Source: the human T2T-CHM13v2.0 reference genome, Homo sapiens. Taken from it: a stretch of 64,000 nt of DNA. The notes under the pieces are model-generated. The model saw only the letters and a list, made by a program, of their open reading frames with translations, was not told the origin of the DNA and did not search any database. The DNA is taken from NCBI RefSeq assembly GCF_009914755.1, contig NC_060926.1. One strand, given 5' to 3'. Positions 28,368-43,643 of this stretch are shown here, piece after piece. Both the position numbers and the translations under genes were made by a program. Each line of letters starts with the position of its first letter. The stretch's first letter is position 1.

Positions 28368-28990
28368 TATGATAACATATGTACTTTGATGCTTAGAAAA
28401 CACTAAAAACAATTAGCTATAACTTTTGTCATTACAGGGCTGATTTTAAATTTAGTCCTTGGTCTGCAGAAGATATTTCTATTCTACCAAGAGTGTCCTG
28501 GAGTATGCCAGTCCTCCTTTGTGTCCATGGCCTACTGCCATCAGTTTCAGAAAGATAGCTATGAACCCCAGCCTAATTTTAAGGCAGACTTCCAAGTCTT
28601 TATATCTTTTTGGGATTTACCTTCCCTATGACTAATACTGGGAACGCAATGAAGTCTAATTCCTTAAAGAAAAGGCACAAATTCTGCTCCTTACCACTCC
28701 TTCTCCCAATAAAATGCAACATCCTCAGAGATACCTAATATAACTCATGTCATTAAAGAGAACACTTCACACCTTAGCCAAAGAACATCTAAATTCAGAT
28801 CAATGATTCGCTCATCATTTCTCCCAAGGAAAAATGGGGTTAACGTTTGCTTTATACTCTGACAAAAAAGGTCTAATTCTGGTGTTCAGCGGAGAGAGGC
28901 CATGTGATTCCTCCCATGTTATTTTGCTGCCCAGGCTTTATTCCTCTTACTGAAGCAATTACATCACATTTTTGCTTTGTAGAAGCCATC

Positions 28991-29440
28991 TGTGGTTGAT
29001 GCGATTGGTGCCCAGGACATGACTGCTTGCATATTACCATTTCAATGCAGGATGGCTCAACTTCTAACTGCCAGCATCTATGTCTCTTCCTGAGGAGCTT
29101 CCTCTGGTCTCTAGAGTTTCTTCTGTCTGTACATTGGTCAGGGTGGAAGTGCTGAAGAATTAATTTCCTCAGGAATTTGTCTCAATCAATGACTGATAAG
29201 AAATGGAGCATAAACTTTCAAGTTCTCTTAGGTGAGATCATCAGTTTCCCCAGTAAAATTAGGTTCTAGTTAACAATAGTGGCAACTTGCTAGATTAGTT
29301 GCCACTTACTGACTGCCTTCCCTTCCTGTCTACTTTCTTCACTCGCCCATTGGTGTTTCCTTAGATTCCCTTCCAAATTCGCTATTTGCATTTGAATCTC
29401 TGTCTCAGGATTAGCTTCTGGAGGAAACTCTAAAAAGATG
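28991..29440 (+). mobile_element. LTR16-family (ERVL) solo LTR
   Basis: 'aacttctaactgccagcatct...caatcaatgactgat...ttcccttcctgtc...gtctcaggattagcttctgg'. Confidence 0.75.
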
Positions 29441-30100
29441 CCAACCTTTCTTCACTTTTGGAAAATGTGCTTTGGTTGAAGATGACTGCATTTATGGGTC
29501 CAAGGATGGAGCATGTAACACACGTAAGACTATCTGTGTATTCTATTTTCCGTCCTCACCTGAACTCTGCCCTGTGATCGCTTTAAAGATAAGAAAATGA
29601 CCTTGTCAGAGCCAGTGGTTACAGACATGAATCTGTACTCCAGTGAATAAATATTTTGAAGTAGTGCTGTGTTCTAGATTCTTAAGAAATATTGGATTGA
29701 AAACAAAATGATGTATGTAGCACTTCTTCTGCAGTCTTGCTATCCAGGAGAGAGATAATGATTAAACAATTTCAAATAAAATATATAATTAGAATTGTGA
29801 TAAGTACCCTTTCCGAAAAAGAGTACATTGTTATTTTTAAATGAGTGTATCTTTCAGCCTTTAGCAGTCTATTAAGACACTAAAAACTCAGAAGTTTTAG
29901 GTATGGTAATTCATCTGGTTAATATATTATTACTATAATAATAAAAAAAGGATCTAGTACCAACATAATTTTCCACCATAGTTCTCATTTCTGACTGTGC
30001 AGACTAAGAAATACAGATCACAAAATATAATAGTCACATCTAGTGGTAAAGTTGACTATCAGTTATGTGAATATCCATCTGCTAAAAATTTCATTGTTAA

Positions 30101-30504
<404 letters not shown>

Positions 30505-30559
30505 TCAATAATGAATAATTGATTAAATAAGTGAAAATTATGAAAACTGAAGAGAAAAA

Positions 30560-31010
30560 GTGACCATGTCATCCTGTAGACACTGCTTTTAAAAAAAAAA
30601 AATAAGGTGTACACATTGTCAGGTGACTATTCTATGTTTAAGGAAGGCAGACTTTATCATTTCAGAGAAAAGGTCCCAAGCCCAAAGCCTCTAAGGGGGA
30701 GGTAATTCAGTCTGGTTGGGAAACACTCTCAAGAATAAAATTCTGACTTTATCTACAACACAAGTGGTTCCAGTAAGCAATAAACAGAGGGAACAATTGA
30801 AGATACCAGTGAAGTTGCCTAGCGGAGTAGCTCCAAAGAACTCAGATTTTAAAAGCACATATAGAATAAGTGGAAGTTAAGACAGAGAATGAATATGAAA
30901 GAGTGGCACAAAACTGCCAGAGTAGAGTCTAGGAGATTAAAGCCCAGAATAACTTCAAATTGTTAAAAATATTAAGAATAGCAAAACAGTTCTTTTTAAA
31001 AGTTGGTTTG
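30560..31010 (+). mobile_element. L3/CR1 ORF2 fragment (pre-RT region)
   Basis: 'ggaaggcagacttt...gaatatgaaagagtggcacaaaactgc...taaagcccagaataac' matches CR1 KADF...EYK..A..C...KAQ.EL. Confidence 0.6.
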
Positions 31011-31061
31011 GAATAAGCAAAACAAGAAACATGAATGTATGTATTCATATATCTTTTACAA

Positions 31062-31245
31062 TGTATCAGGCAGCTTTTGCTAGGTGATGCTGCATAACAA
31101 ATAATATGGTCCCCCCTCTCCCTTTTCCCAAAACATTTTATGTTGGTTGTGGATTGACTGGGGTTCTATGCCACTCCATATGTCTTGTCTTTGTTATCCC
31201 AGGGTCCAGGGTAAGGGAGCAGCTGCTATCCTAGTCTCCTTGCAC
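31062..31245 (-). mobile_element. MLT1J-like LTR fragment
   Basis: 'tgtatcaggcagcttttgctaggtgatgctgcataacaaa'. Confidence 0.5.
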
Positions 31246-31776
31246 AGCCAAAAAAAAAAAAAAAAAAAAAACCACAAAAAAGCAAAACAAAACAAAAACA
31301 TAAAACAAACAACATGCCGAATTACACTAGGATTCACCACAAGCAGAGCTCGAGACAAATGCTTTCATGCAGGGAAATTATTTGATATCCATATCAATCC
31401 AAAATTTGAAATAAGAAATTTGGTAGCTAATCTCTACTCACATTTCCACACACTGTAATGGCTGCTAATGCCAAAATTCTTACAAATGCATATCACTTTT
31501 TCTTTCCAATACCTAAATGTTGCAGTTTCCTATCCTGATTAGTCAGTTTACTAACTGACCAACTTTTGTCTTGCGTCTGTGATTTTGTGCAGCATTTTAC
31601 AAAAGTCTATGTCAGAAATACCTTCTGCCATAAATAATGACATGACAATGAACAACAACCAGTATTAAAACGTTTTTAAAACAGAACTTGTTATATATAA
31701 AGAGGTAATTAAAAGGGTACATGAAAAGGTAAGTATTTACATTTTGATATTTAGTATGTAAAATTATAGAGTTTCT

Positions 31777-32086
31777 TATTTGTTATTGTTTGTTTTTGTT
31801 TGTTTGTTGAGATGGGATCTTGCTTTGTTGCCCAGGCTGGAGTGCAGTGGCATGATCATAGCTCACTGCAGCCTCAAACTCCTGGGATCTTACCATCTTC
31901 CTGTCTTAGCCTACCAAGTACCTGGGACTTCAGGCATGTGTCCCCACACTCGGCCAATTAAAAACTTTTTTTTTTTTTTTCGGTAGAGATGGGGTTTCCC
32001 GTATGTTGACCAGGCTGCTCTTGCAATCTGCCTGCCTTAGTCTCCCAAAGTGCTGGGATTATAGACATGAACCACCATGCCTGGCC
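31777..32086 (-). mobile_element. AluJ
   Basis: 'gatcatagctcactgcagcctcaaactcctggg'; TSD taaaattatag on both sides. Confidence 0.9.
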
Positions 32087-32231
32087 CCTAAAATTATAGT
32101 TTTAACATTGTTTAGATTCTTTCTTTCACCTTTAATCCTTCTCATGTTGCCTCACAGCCTATGATACTACATTATCAATGTGAGACCTGATGACACTCTT
32201 TGAGAAATTTCCTTTCCTGTTGCATTCTCAT

Positions 32232-32233
<2 letters not shown>

Positions 32234-32272
<39 letters not shown>

Positions 32273-32280
32273 GTCTGTCT
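32234..32280. repeat. (CT)n(GTCT)n microsatellite
   Basis: Directly visible. Confidence 0.9.
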
Positions 32281-33118
32281 AATGTCTTCTGGGTTCCTTC
32301 TAACTTCTCTGGAAACTGGCTACATGAATAGGCAACTATTTATCAGGAGCAAGTACATGCCACCAAGACCTGAACATTCCTGAATGCTTACTTATTGCTC
32401 AGGAGAAATGGGTAAATTCCCAAACCATGTTCTCAGCAGGCCAAGGCATTAGATTTGCTTAAAGTTCATATCTATAGGTCTCTGAAGATGTTGTTTCATG
32501 CTGTCTTCTGTCTGGTATTTTGAAGAAAAAAATCTAAGTCTCCTGGAAACCTAAACTTCATCAGAATATCTTAGTGTTAGTCACATTTGCTAAATATTAC
32601 TTGGCTCCCAGAAAGGTGAACAGTCCACGAACTGAATTCCTTCAATTCAGGAATATTTTGTTGATTGTATCTTTGTATATTTGTTCCATAACAGGTGTTC
32701 TGTTATCTTTTTAAAAAATGCTTGTATTTGTTTGATCTGCTTTGTGTATCCTACCATCTACTTTGTTTCTGATTGTTTAGATTCTTTTTTTTTTTTTTTT
32801 TTTTGCATTTCAGATAAACATGGGTTCAGGTTTCTGCTGGGTTTATTGTTTGTTATTACTTCTGATGTCCTTTGAAATCCTTACATTTTGACATTAGTCC
32901 CCTTTTCCTTTTAATGCATTTTCTTACCATCTCATATCCTATATATTATTTTGTAGAGTCCATATATTTTTTAAATCCTTCAAAGTGAAAAGTAGTTTCT
33001 GCTTACAATAACGTTCAATTTCAATGATGAATGATTAGAAATGACCCCAAATGAATACTATTCTATATTTTTATTGAAATATAAAACCCATACTTAATAT
33101 TTTAATAAAAATTATTAA

Positions 33119-33523
<405 letters not shown>

Positions 33524-34944
33524 TTTTTTGTTTTTGTTTTTTAAACTTTTCCTCTGTTCCTGTCATTGAATATACATATATGCATGTATTATTATTATTT
33601 ACTCAACAACTTAGTGAATCTTGTTTTTCTGCTGTCTTTAATTAACGGTGTGATCCTCCTCCTCCTTTACTGCTCTTGTATTTTAACCTGAAAGTATATT
33701 TATTCATTGAGTAACCTGAAGAAATTTCGACAATTCTGGAATAACACAAAATTAAAGTTTGAGAAATTTGTTTTAGTTTGATTATCTCTTAGAAAGCATA
33801 TAGTAGAATATTGATTTAAAAATACATTTGACAAATCTCTACTTTTTGAGTGGTTATGTCATTTACAATTAATGTAATTATTGATATATTGGTTTAAATT
33901 TATTTTCTTACCATTTGTTTCCTACTTCCCCCAATTGTTTTTATTCCTTATCCCTCCTTGCCTGCCTTCTTTTGGAGTAGTATGTTTTATGATTCCATTT
34001 TTTATTTCTATTATTGGCTGGTTGTCTATGCCATTTGGACTTTGTAGGTGGTTTCTCTAGAGTTTAACTCATCACAGTCTACATTCAAGCAATATTATTG
34101 AATGTATACTGTAAGAATTTTATAGTTGTATTATTCAATATCTGCCTCCCGTCTTTTGTACTACTATCCTACATTTTACTTCTTCAAATGTTAGAATCCT
34201 CAATATGCACTGTTACTATTATCCTTTAAATATCAGGTAACTTTGAAGAAATTAAAAATTGAGATAAATTCTGTTTACCCACATATTTACCATTTCTAAG
34301 TTCTTTTCTGATATCATCATATTTCTGCTTAAATAATTCCTTTTAACATTTCCTATAGAACAGTTCATTTGGCAATGAATCTATCAGCTTTTGTTTTCCT
34401 GGAAAAAAAACTCTTTTATTTTTCCTTCATTGTTGAGAGATGTTTTTATTGAGCCTAGAATTCTGGGTTGGCATATTTTTTTCATTTGACACTTTATATT
34501 TAAAGTGCCATTCCATTGTCTTCTTTCCTGTATGTTTTCTATTAAGAAGTACGCTATAATTCTTATTTTTGTTATTTATGTAATGTGCATTATTTTCCTC
34601 TGGCTGCCTTTAAGATTTTCTCTTTATCAATGATTTTCATCATGTTGATCATAACATACATTAGTGTGGGTCTATCTATCTATCTGTCTATCTATCTATC
34701 TATCTATCTGTCATCATCCATTTATTTATTTTTCTTGGGGTTGGTTGAGAATCTTATATCTGTAGGCTTATAGTATTTGTCAAATTTGAAAAAAAACTTT
34801 AGCTATTTCCTGAAAGTTTGAGCTCCATCTCTGTCCTCTGTTCTTGAGAGGTCCAATTATATATATGCTAGACTCCTTGATATTATCACAAAACTTGTTA
34901 ATGCTTTATTTTTGGCTATGTTTTTGTGCTTTTTAATTTTAATT

Positions 34945-35074
34945 TTTCCATTTTTAAGAACAGGGTTTCACTATGTTGCCCAGGCAGGTCTCAAACCTGA
35001 GCTCATGCTATCCTCCTGTCTCTGCCTCCCTAAGAGCGAGCTGGGATTACAGGCATGAGCCACCACTTCCAGCT
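34945..35074 (-). mobile_element. FLAM_C-like Alu monomer (mostly duplicated again at 36662-36771)
   Basis: 'cagggtttcactatgttgcccaggcaggtctc...gctgggattacaggcatgagccacc'; single arm followed by a T-rich tail. Confidence 0.8.
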
Positions 35075-35186
35075 ACATTTTTAGTGCTTTTTTTAAAAAA
35101 ATAGTTTTATTTCTATGTCTTCCAATTCACTGACCTTTTCTTTTCTAGTATCTAACCTACTCTGAAACCCATTCAGTGTATTTTTC
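34965..35186 (+). repeat. Direct repeat copy 1 (222 bp) flanking L1PA3
   Basis: ~95% identical to 36662-36882 by manual alignment. Confidence 0.95.
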
Positions 35187-36882
<1,696 letters not shown>

Positions 36883-38779
36883 ACTTCAGATACTGATTTT
36901 TTTCTATCTAGAGGTTGCATATACTTTCCATTTTCCTTCTCAGTATGTTTATGTTGGTTTTCATGCCTTTGAGCATATTTGTAAGCTGTGTAAGAGCTAT
37001 TTTCTACTATGGTCTCTTAATTCCATCATGGCTATTATTTGGGATCCATTTGTAGTTTTTTTTTCTCCTAGTCATATTTTTCTGCTTCTTTGTATACCTA
37101 GTAATTTTGGTTTCTATGCTAAAAATGATAAAGTTTACATTGTCATGCACTGTATCTTAAGAGTGTTGTCTTTTGTTCTGGCATACAGATAAGTAACTCT
37201 TGATTAAATCTTTGTCCCTTTGAAGTTTACTTTTAAGCTTTGTTACGGCAGGTTTAGAAGAGCTTTTTGTAGAGAGCTTATTTAGCTCTACTACTTAAAT
37301 GTGATCTTTCTGAAAACTACAATTTGCCTTTTGTTTTGTTTTCTTTTCAGTTTGCATTTTGTATTTTAAGATTTTTCTGCTCTGGCTGTTTGGAACAAAA
37401 TAATTCCTACATATGTTTGAACTCTGGAAATTGTTCATCCTACTACTTTTTACCGGTTTTCATTGGTCTTTTCCCAGACTCAGGAAATTTTTTTTCCCCA
37501 AAAATTGATAGGTCAACTAAAGCCTCAGGGAGATTTTCCTGCAGTTCCCCCAGGTTTTTTTTCTGTTTATTTCCTAATGCTTTACTACTCTTCCCTATAA
37601 AATTTCAATGTCTTGAGCTCCCTGAACTCAGGCTACTATCTTCCCAACTTCCTGCCCTTTCACTTTTCAGGCTTTATTTCAGTTTATTTCAGTTTTTTCC
37701 CCCTGTGCTATAGCATGAAAACTGGCTCCAGGAAGTAAGCTGGGGCAATCATAAAGATTGTCTAATTTGTTTTCCTTCTTTAAGGAATCTCAACCCTGTG
37801 CTGCCTATTGCTTTCTGTCTAGAAGTTATATACCTATATCTATCTATTTATCTATCTATATATTTTCTAGTTTTCTAGTTATTTGTGGGATGGAGAAAGT
37901 GGAAGTGTGTGTTTATTCTCTATGTTTGTTACAACTTCTGTTCAGCAGTAATCCATGGAGTTTTTCTGTGTGTTCTAATCATATTCTGGATGTATCATGT
38001 GACTCTACCTAATCTTTTTCCCGAAATTTTTACCTTTGTTTTTATCATGGTGAACTCTTCCCACTAGCAAGAAGTCCCTTCATTCCTAGATGGCATCTCT
38101 ACTTTGGAGTGAACTGATAAAAGGTACTATTAGAGAAAATAAAAATCAAGCAAACATGAAGTTCATGGACATTTGTTTGATGGGACATATATCTCATCTC
38201 ATTATTTTTTACAACACCTGTGTATACCATCACTAGGCACACAACCAGGCACTGCATAAAGCAACGAAGCTCTAGGTCCATACTGCAAAAGGTGCTTCCA
38301 GTACATTTATGTCCTTCTTTCCTGCATATCTCCTTACCTCTAATATTTGTCCTCTGATCTCTCACCTGGTCAAATGAATAGATTTCTTCTAGCCTAGTAT
38401 TAAACCTTTGAAATGATGTAGCGTCACAAGTGTCACAGTCCTTGTTTGTCCTAGGGCCATTTTGTGCCTCCACCCTTCCTTTTGCCAAGAAAACACATTT
38501 TAGTTAATATGAACAATTTCCCAGAATCTACTTTAGTAACTTGCATTTAAAGTACATTGCTCTTTTGTGGAACTGAGGTTGTGTCTGTTTCTAGTATAGT
38601 CCTACCAGTTGGTACAACAGTATGTTATGTGCCAAAATTTTAGGTAGTCTTTGAAATTGGGTTTGCCCTCTTTACTAATATCAGAGCTAAAATTAATGGA
38701 AATTGTGTTTTTATTTCTGAGAAGTTTGCTAATTTTCTAGGAGAAATGTTACAGAGTTACTTTTGAAGATATTAAAATG

Positions 38780-40150
38780 ACTTGCAAATGAGCTTACTAA
38801 ACACCTACTCCTTAACTTCAATGGAAACTGAAAAATGTCAGAAAACTAAATAAGAGCAAAGGTTATTTTTGTTTTAAAAATTCCTGACAAAATGTTAGTA
38901 AAGAGAAAAAGTACACTGACATTACTAAGAAAAGTTCTAGTAGAGTTGATCAAATATATTTTTATAGATGATTAGACCAATGTAAGAATTCTTACAAGAA
39001 AGAATGGCTTTAAAAATGTAATTTGGGCTATCCTCATAAATTTTCTTTAAAAAGTTTATTAAATTAGAAAGCCAAGCAAATATTAAAAGTGTAACACATC
39101 TAGATCAAATTTAGCAAGTCTTATGATATTCCCATGGAAAAAAAAGAAAAATATGGATTTAAAATAACATATAAAGACTCATAGCGGTTTGAATGACTGT
39201 ACTCAAAATTTAATGACTAAAGAGTAAATGTCAACATAGAGGAAGATAAAAAATGACATATTATAGCATTCTGTACAGGGCTTTGGTGTGTCAGTGAATT
39301 ATATGAGAACATATGTAGCATATTTATTGTATTTCTAGATTTTAAAAAGTTGAATATAATGGTAAATATTTTTTCATGTCAGAATCATGGTCTATAAAAA
39401 TCTTGGGAACCTGGAACAACAGACTGCAAAATACAACATTCAGCAATGGAAGTGCCAGATGTGGCTACATAGCAACACACCTAATTAATGGTGTTATAGA
39501 TGACTATTAGTTCAATATTAGATAATAGTGTGAATGTTCAAAAACTTATTGTAGTTATAGATACCACTGTTTTGATAGATGTATAGCATTAACAACACAC
39601 AGTCTCTGAGTGTGTGTCAACTGATAGTATTGCTTTGTTTTATGAAGGCATGAAGTGTTCTAGAGTAGTGTAGACGTTTGAAGGATTTGGCAATGAGAGA
39701 TCTGGCCAATCAAGAACAGCACAGAATGAGCAAAAAGATGAGTGGATGGAAATCTTACAAGCAACAGCTAATTAAGTAAAGAAGAAGAAGAGAAAAACTG
39801 ATCATCGAAAACCTGGCAAGGAGAAGACCCATATATCTTCAAATTCTTAAAGAACTATTACATAGATGGGCACTCTATGTAGATCAAGATAACAGAACTG
39901 ATAATATCAAAGAGAAGTTAGACATCAAGTCTTAGGGAAAAGCTTATAATCTTATAAACTGAGAGCTTAAAAGTTTACAAACTGAGATGCTCAATAAGAG
40001 TGAATCCTGGTTCTTTCTTGTTTATTCGTGTAACCTCCTGAGCACTGGGGAATGGTGAGCTTCTAAAGTTTCTCACTCCTATAGATAATTCAGGAATTTT
40101 AAAGTTGTATCAGATGAACTATGAGATTCCTTCAACTAAGATATCCTTTT
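38780..40150 (+). mobile_element. L3/CR1 RT and 3' region, highly diverged
   Basis: 'tcttatgatattcccatggaaaa...atatggatt...ttgaatgactgtactcaaa...atgtcaacatagagg'; CR1-type tail 'cagatgaactatgagattccttc'. Confidence 0.6.
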
Positions 40151-43100
40151 AGTGAATCTAAACTCAAAACATTTCTTCCTGCAAGACATCTCCTCACGTG
40201 GCCTTTACATACTGCTCTTGTACTTAATATGATCCACACAAGAGTGTGACTCTTGAAATCTCATCCATTTTCTTCTACCTATATTTTGCTCATTTTTCAA
40301 ATCCAAACTCTAAATCTTCTTCCTTTATAAAGCATTCCTTTACTACTTGAGCCGCTACTGAATTCTCTTAGTCTGCCACTCTTACTGGGTGTAGCACTCC
40401 ACTACTAATGACTTTCATTAGCTATGCCTGTTTTCTGTGATATTTAGCTCCACAGCAATTATCACCATCCGACATACTATAGATTTTAGATATTTATTTT
40501 GCTTATTATACAGCCACACTATAATTATTTATTTATTTTAATTTTTGTGGGTATATAGTGGGTGTATATATTTATGGGGTACATGAGATGTTTTGATACA
40601 GCCACGCAATGTGAAACAGGCACATTGTGGAGAATGGGGTAACCATCCTTCTATTCTTTCTGTCCATGAACTCAATTGTTTTGATTTTTAAAACTCACAA
40701 ATAAGTGAGAATATGCAATGTTTGTCTTTCTGTGTCTGGCTTATTTCACTTAACATAATGATCTCTGGTTCCATCCATGTTGTTGCAAATGAATGGATCT
40801 CAATATTTTTTATGGCTGAGTAATACCCCATTGTGTATATATATACCCCATTTTCTTTATCTATTTATTTATCTGTTGATGGACACTTAGGTTGCTTCCA
40901 AATCTTAGCTATTGTGAACAGTGCTGCAACAAACAGGATTGCAAATACCTGTTCAATATACTGATTTCCTTTCTTTTGGGTATGTACCCAACAGTATGAT
41001 TGTTGGATCATATGGTAGCTCAATTTTTAGTTTTTGTGGAAACTCCAAACTGTTCTCCATAGTGGTTGTACTAATTTACATTTCCACCAACAGCATACAA
41101 GAGTTCGCTTTTCTCCACATCCTTGTCAGCATTTGTTATTGACTGTCTTTTGGATGTAAGCCATTTTAACTGGGGTGAGATGGTATCACATTGTAGTTCT
41201 GCTTTGCAATTCTCTGATGGTCAGTGATGTTGAGCACATTTTCATATGCCTCTTTGGCATTTGTATGTCTTCTTTTGAGAAATGTCTATTCAAATCTTTT
41301 ACCCATTTATTGATCAGATTATTCTGTTTTTTCCTATAGAGTTGTTTGAACTCTTTATGTATTCTGGTTATTAATTAATCCTATGTCAGATGGACAGTTT
41401 GTCAATATTTTCTCCCATTCTGTGGGTTATCTCTTTATTTTGTTGATGGTATCCTTTGCTGTGCAGAAGCTTTTTAATTCAATGTGATCCCATTTGTTTA
41501 TTTTTACTTTGATTGTGGGGTTATTGCTCAAGAAATCTTTGCCAAGACCAAAGTCCTGTAGATTTTCCCCAATGTTTTCTTGTAGTAGTTTTATAGTCTG
41601 AGGTCTTATATTTAAGTCTTTAATCCATTTTTTTTTGCTTTTTTTTATATATGGCAAGAGACAGGAGTCTAATTTCATTCTTCTGCCTATGAATATCCAG
41701 TTTTCCCAGCACCATTTATTGGAGAGACTGCCTTTTCCCCAGTGTATGTTCCTGGCACTTTTGTCAAAAATGAGTCCACTCTAAGTGTGTAGATTTGTTT
41801 CTGGGTTCTCTATTCTGTTTCAATGGTCTGTGTGTCTGTTTTTATGCCAGCATCACACTGTCATGGTTACAATAGCTCTGTAGTATAACTTGAAGTAAAG
41901 TAATGTGATTCCTCTAGTTTTGTTCTTTTTGCTTATTAGCTTTGGGTCTTTTGTGGTTCCATATGCATTTTAAGATTGTTTTTTCTATATCTGTGAAGAA
42001 TGTCATTGGTATTTTGATAAAGATTGCATTGAATCTGTAGATTGCTTTTGATAGTATGGACATTTTAACAATATTGATTCTTCCAATCCAGAAACATGGA
42101 ATATTTTTTCATTTTTTGGTGTCCTATTTCTTTCATCAGTGTTTTTTAGTTTTCATTGTAGAAATCTTTCACTTCTTTGGTTAAGTTATTTCCCAGGTAT
42201 TTAATTTTTTTGTGTGGCTATTGTAAATGGGATTACTTTTTAAATTTTCCTTTTCACTTTGTTCACTGTTGCATGTGGAAATGCTACTGATTTTTGTATG
42301 TTGATTTTGTGTCCTGCAACTTTACTGAATTTGTTAATCAGTTCTAACAGTTTTCTTGTGGAGTCTTTAGGGTTTTCCAAATATAAGATCATATCATCCG
42401 CAAACAAGGAAAATTTGGCTTCTTCTTTCCAATTTGGATGCCTTTTATTTCGTTCTCTTGTCTGATTGCTCTAGCTAAGACTTCCAGTACTATGTTGACT
42501 AATACTGGTGACAGTTGTCATCCTTGTCATGTTCCAGATCTTAAAGGGAAGGCTTTCAGTTTTTCCCCATTCAGTATTATATTAGCTGTGGATCTGTCAT
42601 ATATTAATTTTATTATGTTGAGGTACATTCCTTCTATATACAGTTTTCTGAGGGCTTTTGTTATGCAGGGATGTTGAATTTTATCAAATGCTTTTCAGCA
42701 TCAATTTAAATGATCTTATGGTTTTTTTCCTTTATTCTGCTGATACAATGTATCACGTTGGTTTGCATATGTTGAACCTTCTTGCATCCCAGGGATAAAT
42801 CCCACTTGGTCCTGATGAATGATCTTTCAAATGTATTGTTTAATTCAGTTTGCTTATATTTTGTTGAAGATTTTTACATCAATATTTATCAGAAATATTG
42901 GCCTGTAGTTTTCTTTTTTTGACTGTCTTTGTATGGTTTCGATATCAGGGTAGTCCTAGCCTTGTAGAAAGAGTTTGGAAATACTCCCTCTTCTTCTATT
43001 TTCTGGAGTAGTTTGAGTAGGATTGGTATTAGTTATTTAAATATTTGGTAGAATTCAGGAGAGAAGCCATTTGGCCCTGAGCTTTTCTTTACTGGGAGAT

Positions 43101-43344
43101 TTTTTATTATGGCTTCAATCTCATTACTTATTATTGGTCTTTTCGTTGGTCTTTTCAGGTTTTGGATTTCTTCCTGGTTCATTCTTGGTAGGTTGTATGA
43201 TATGTGTCTAGGAATTTGTCCATTTCTTCTAGGTTTTCCAATTTATTGGCATATAGTTGCTCATGGTAGCTACTAATGAGCCTTTGACTTTCTACAGTAT
43301 CAGTTTGTAATGTCTCCGTTTTCATTTATGATTTTATTTTATTC

Positions 43345-43643
<299 letters not shown>

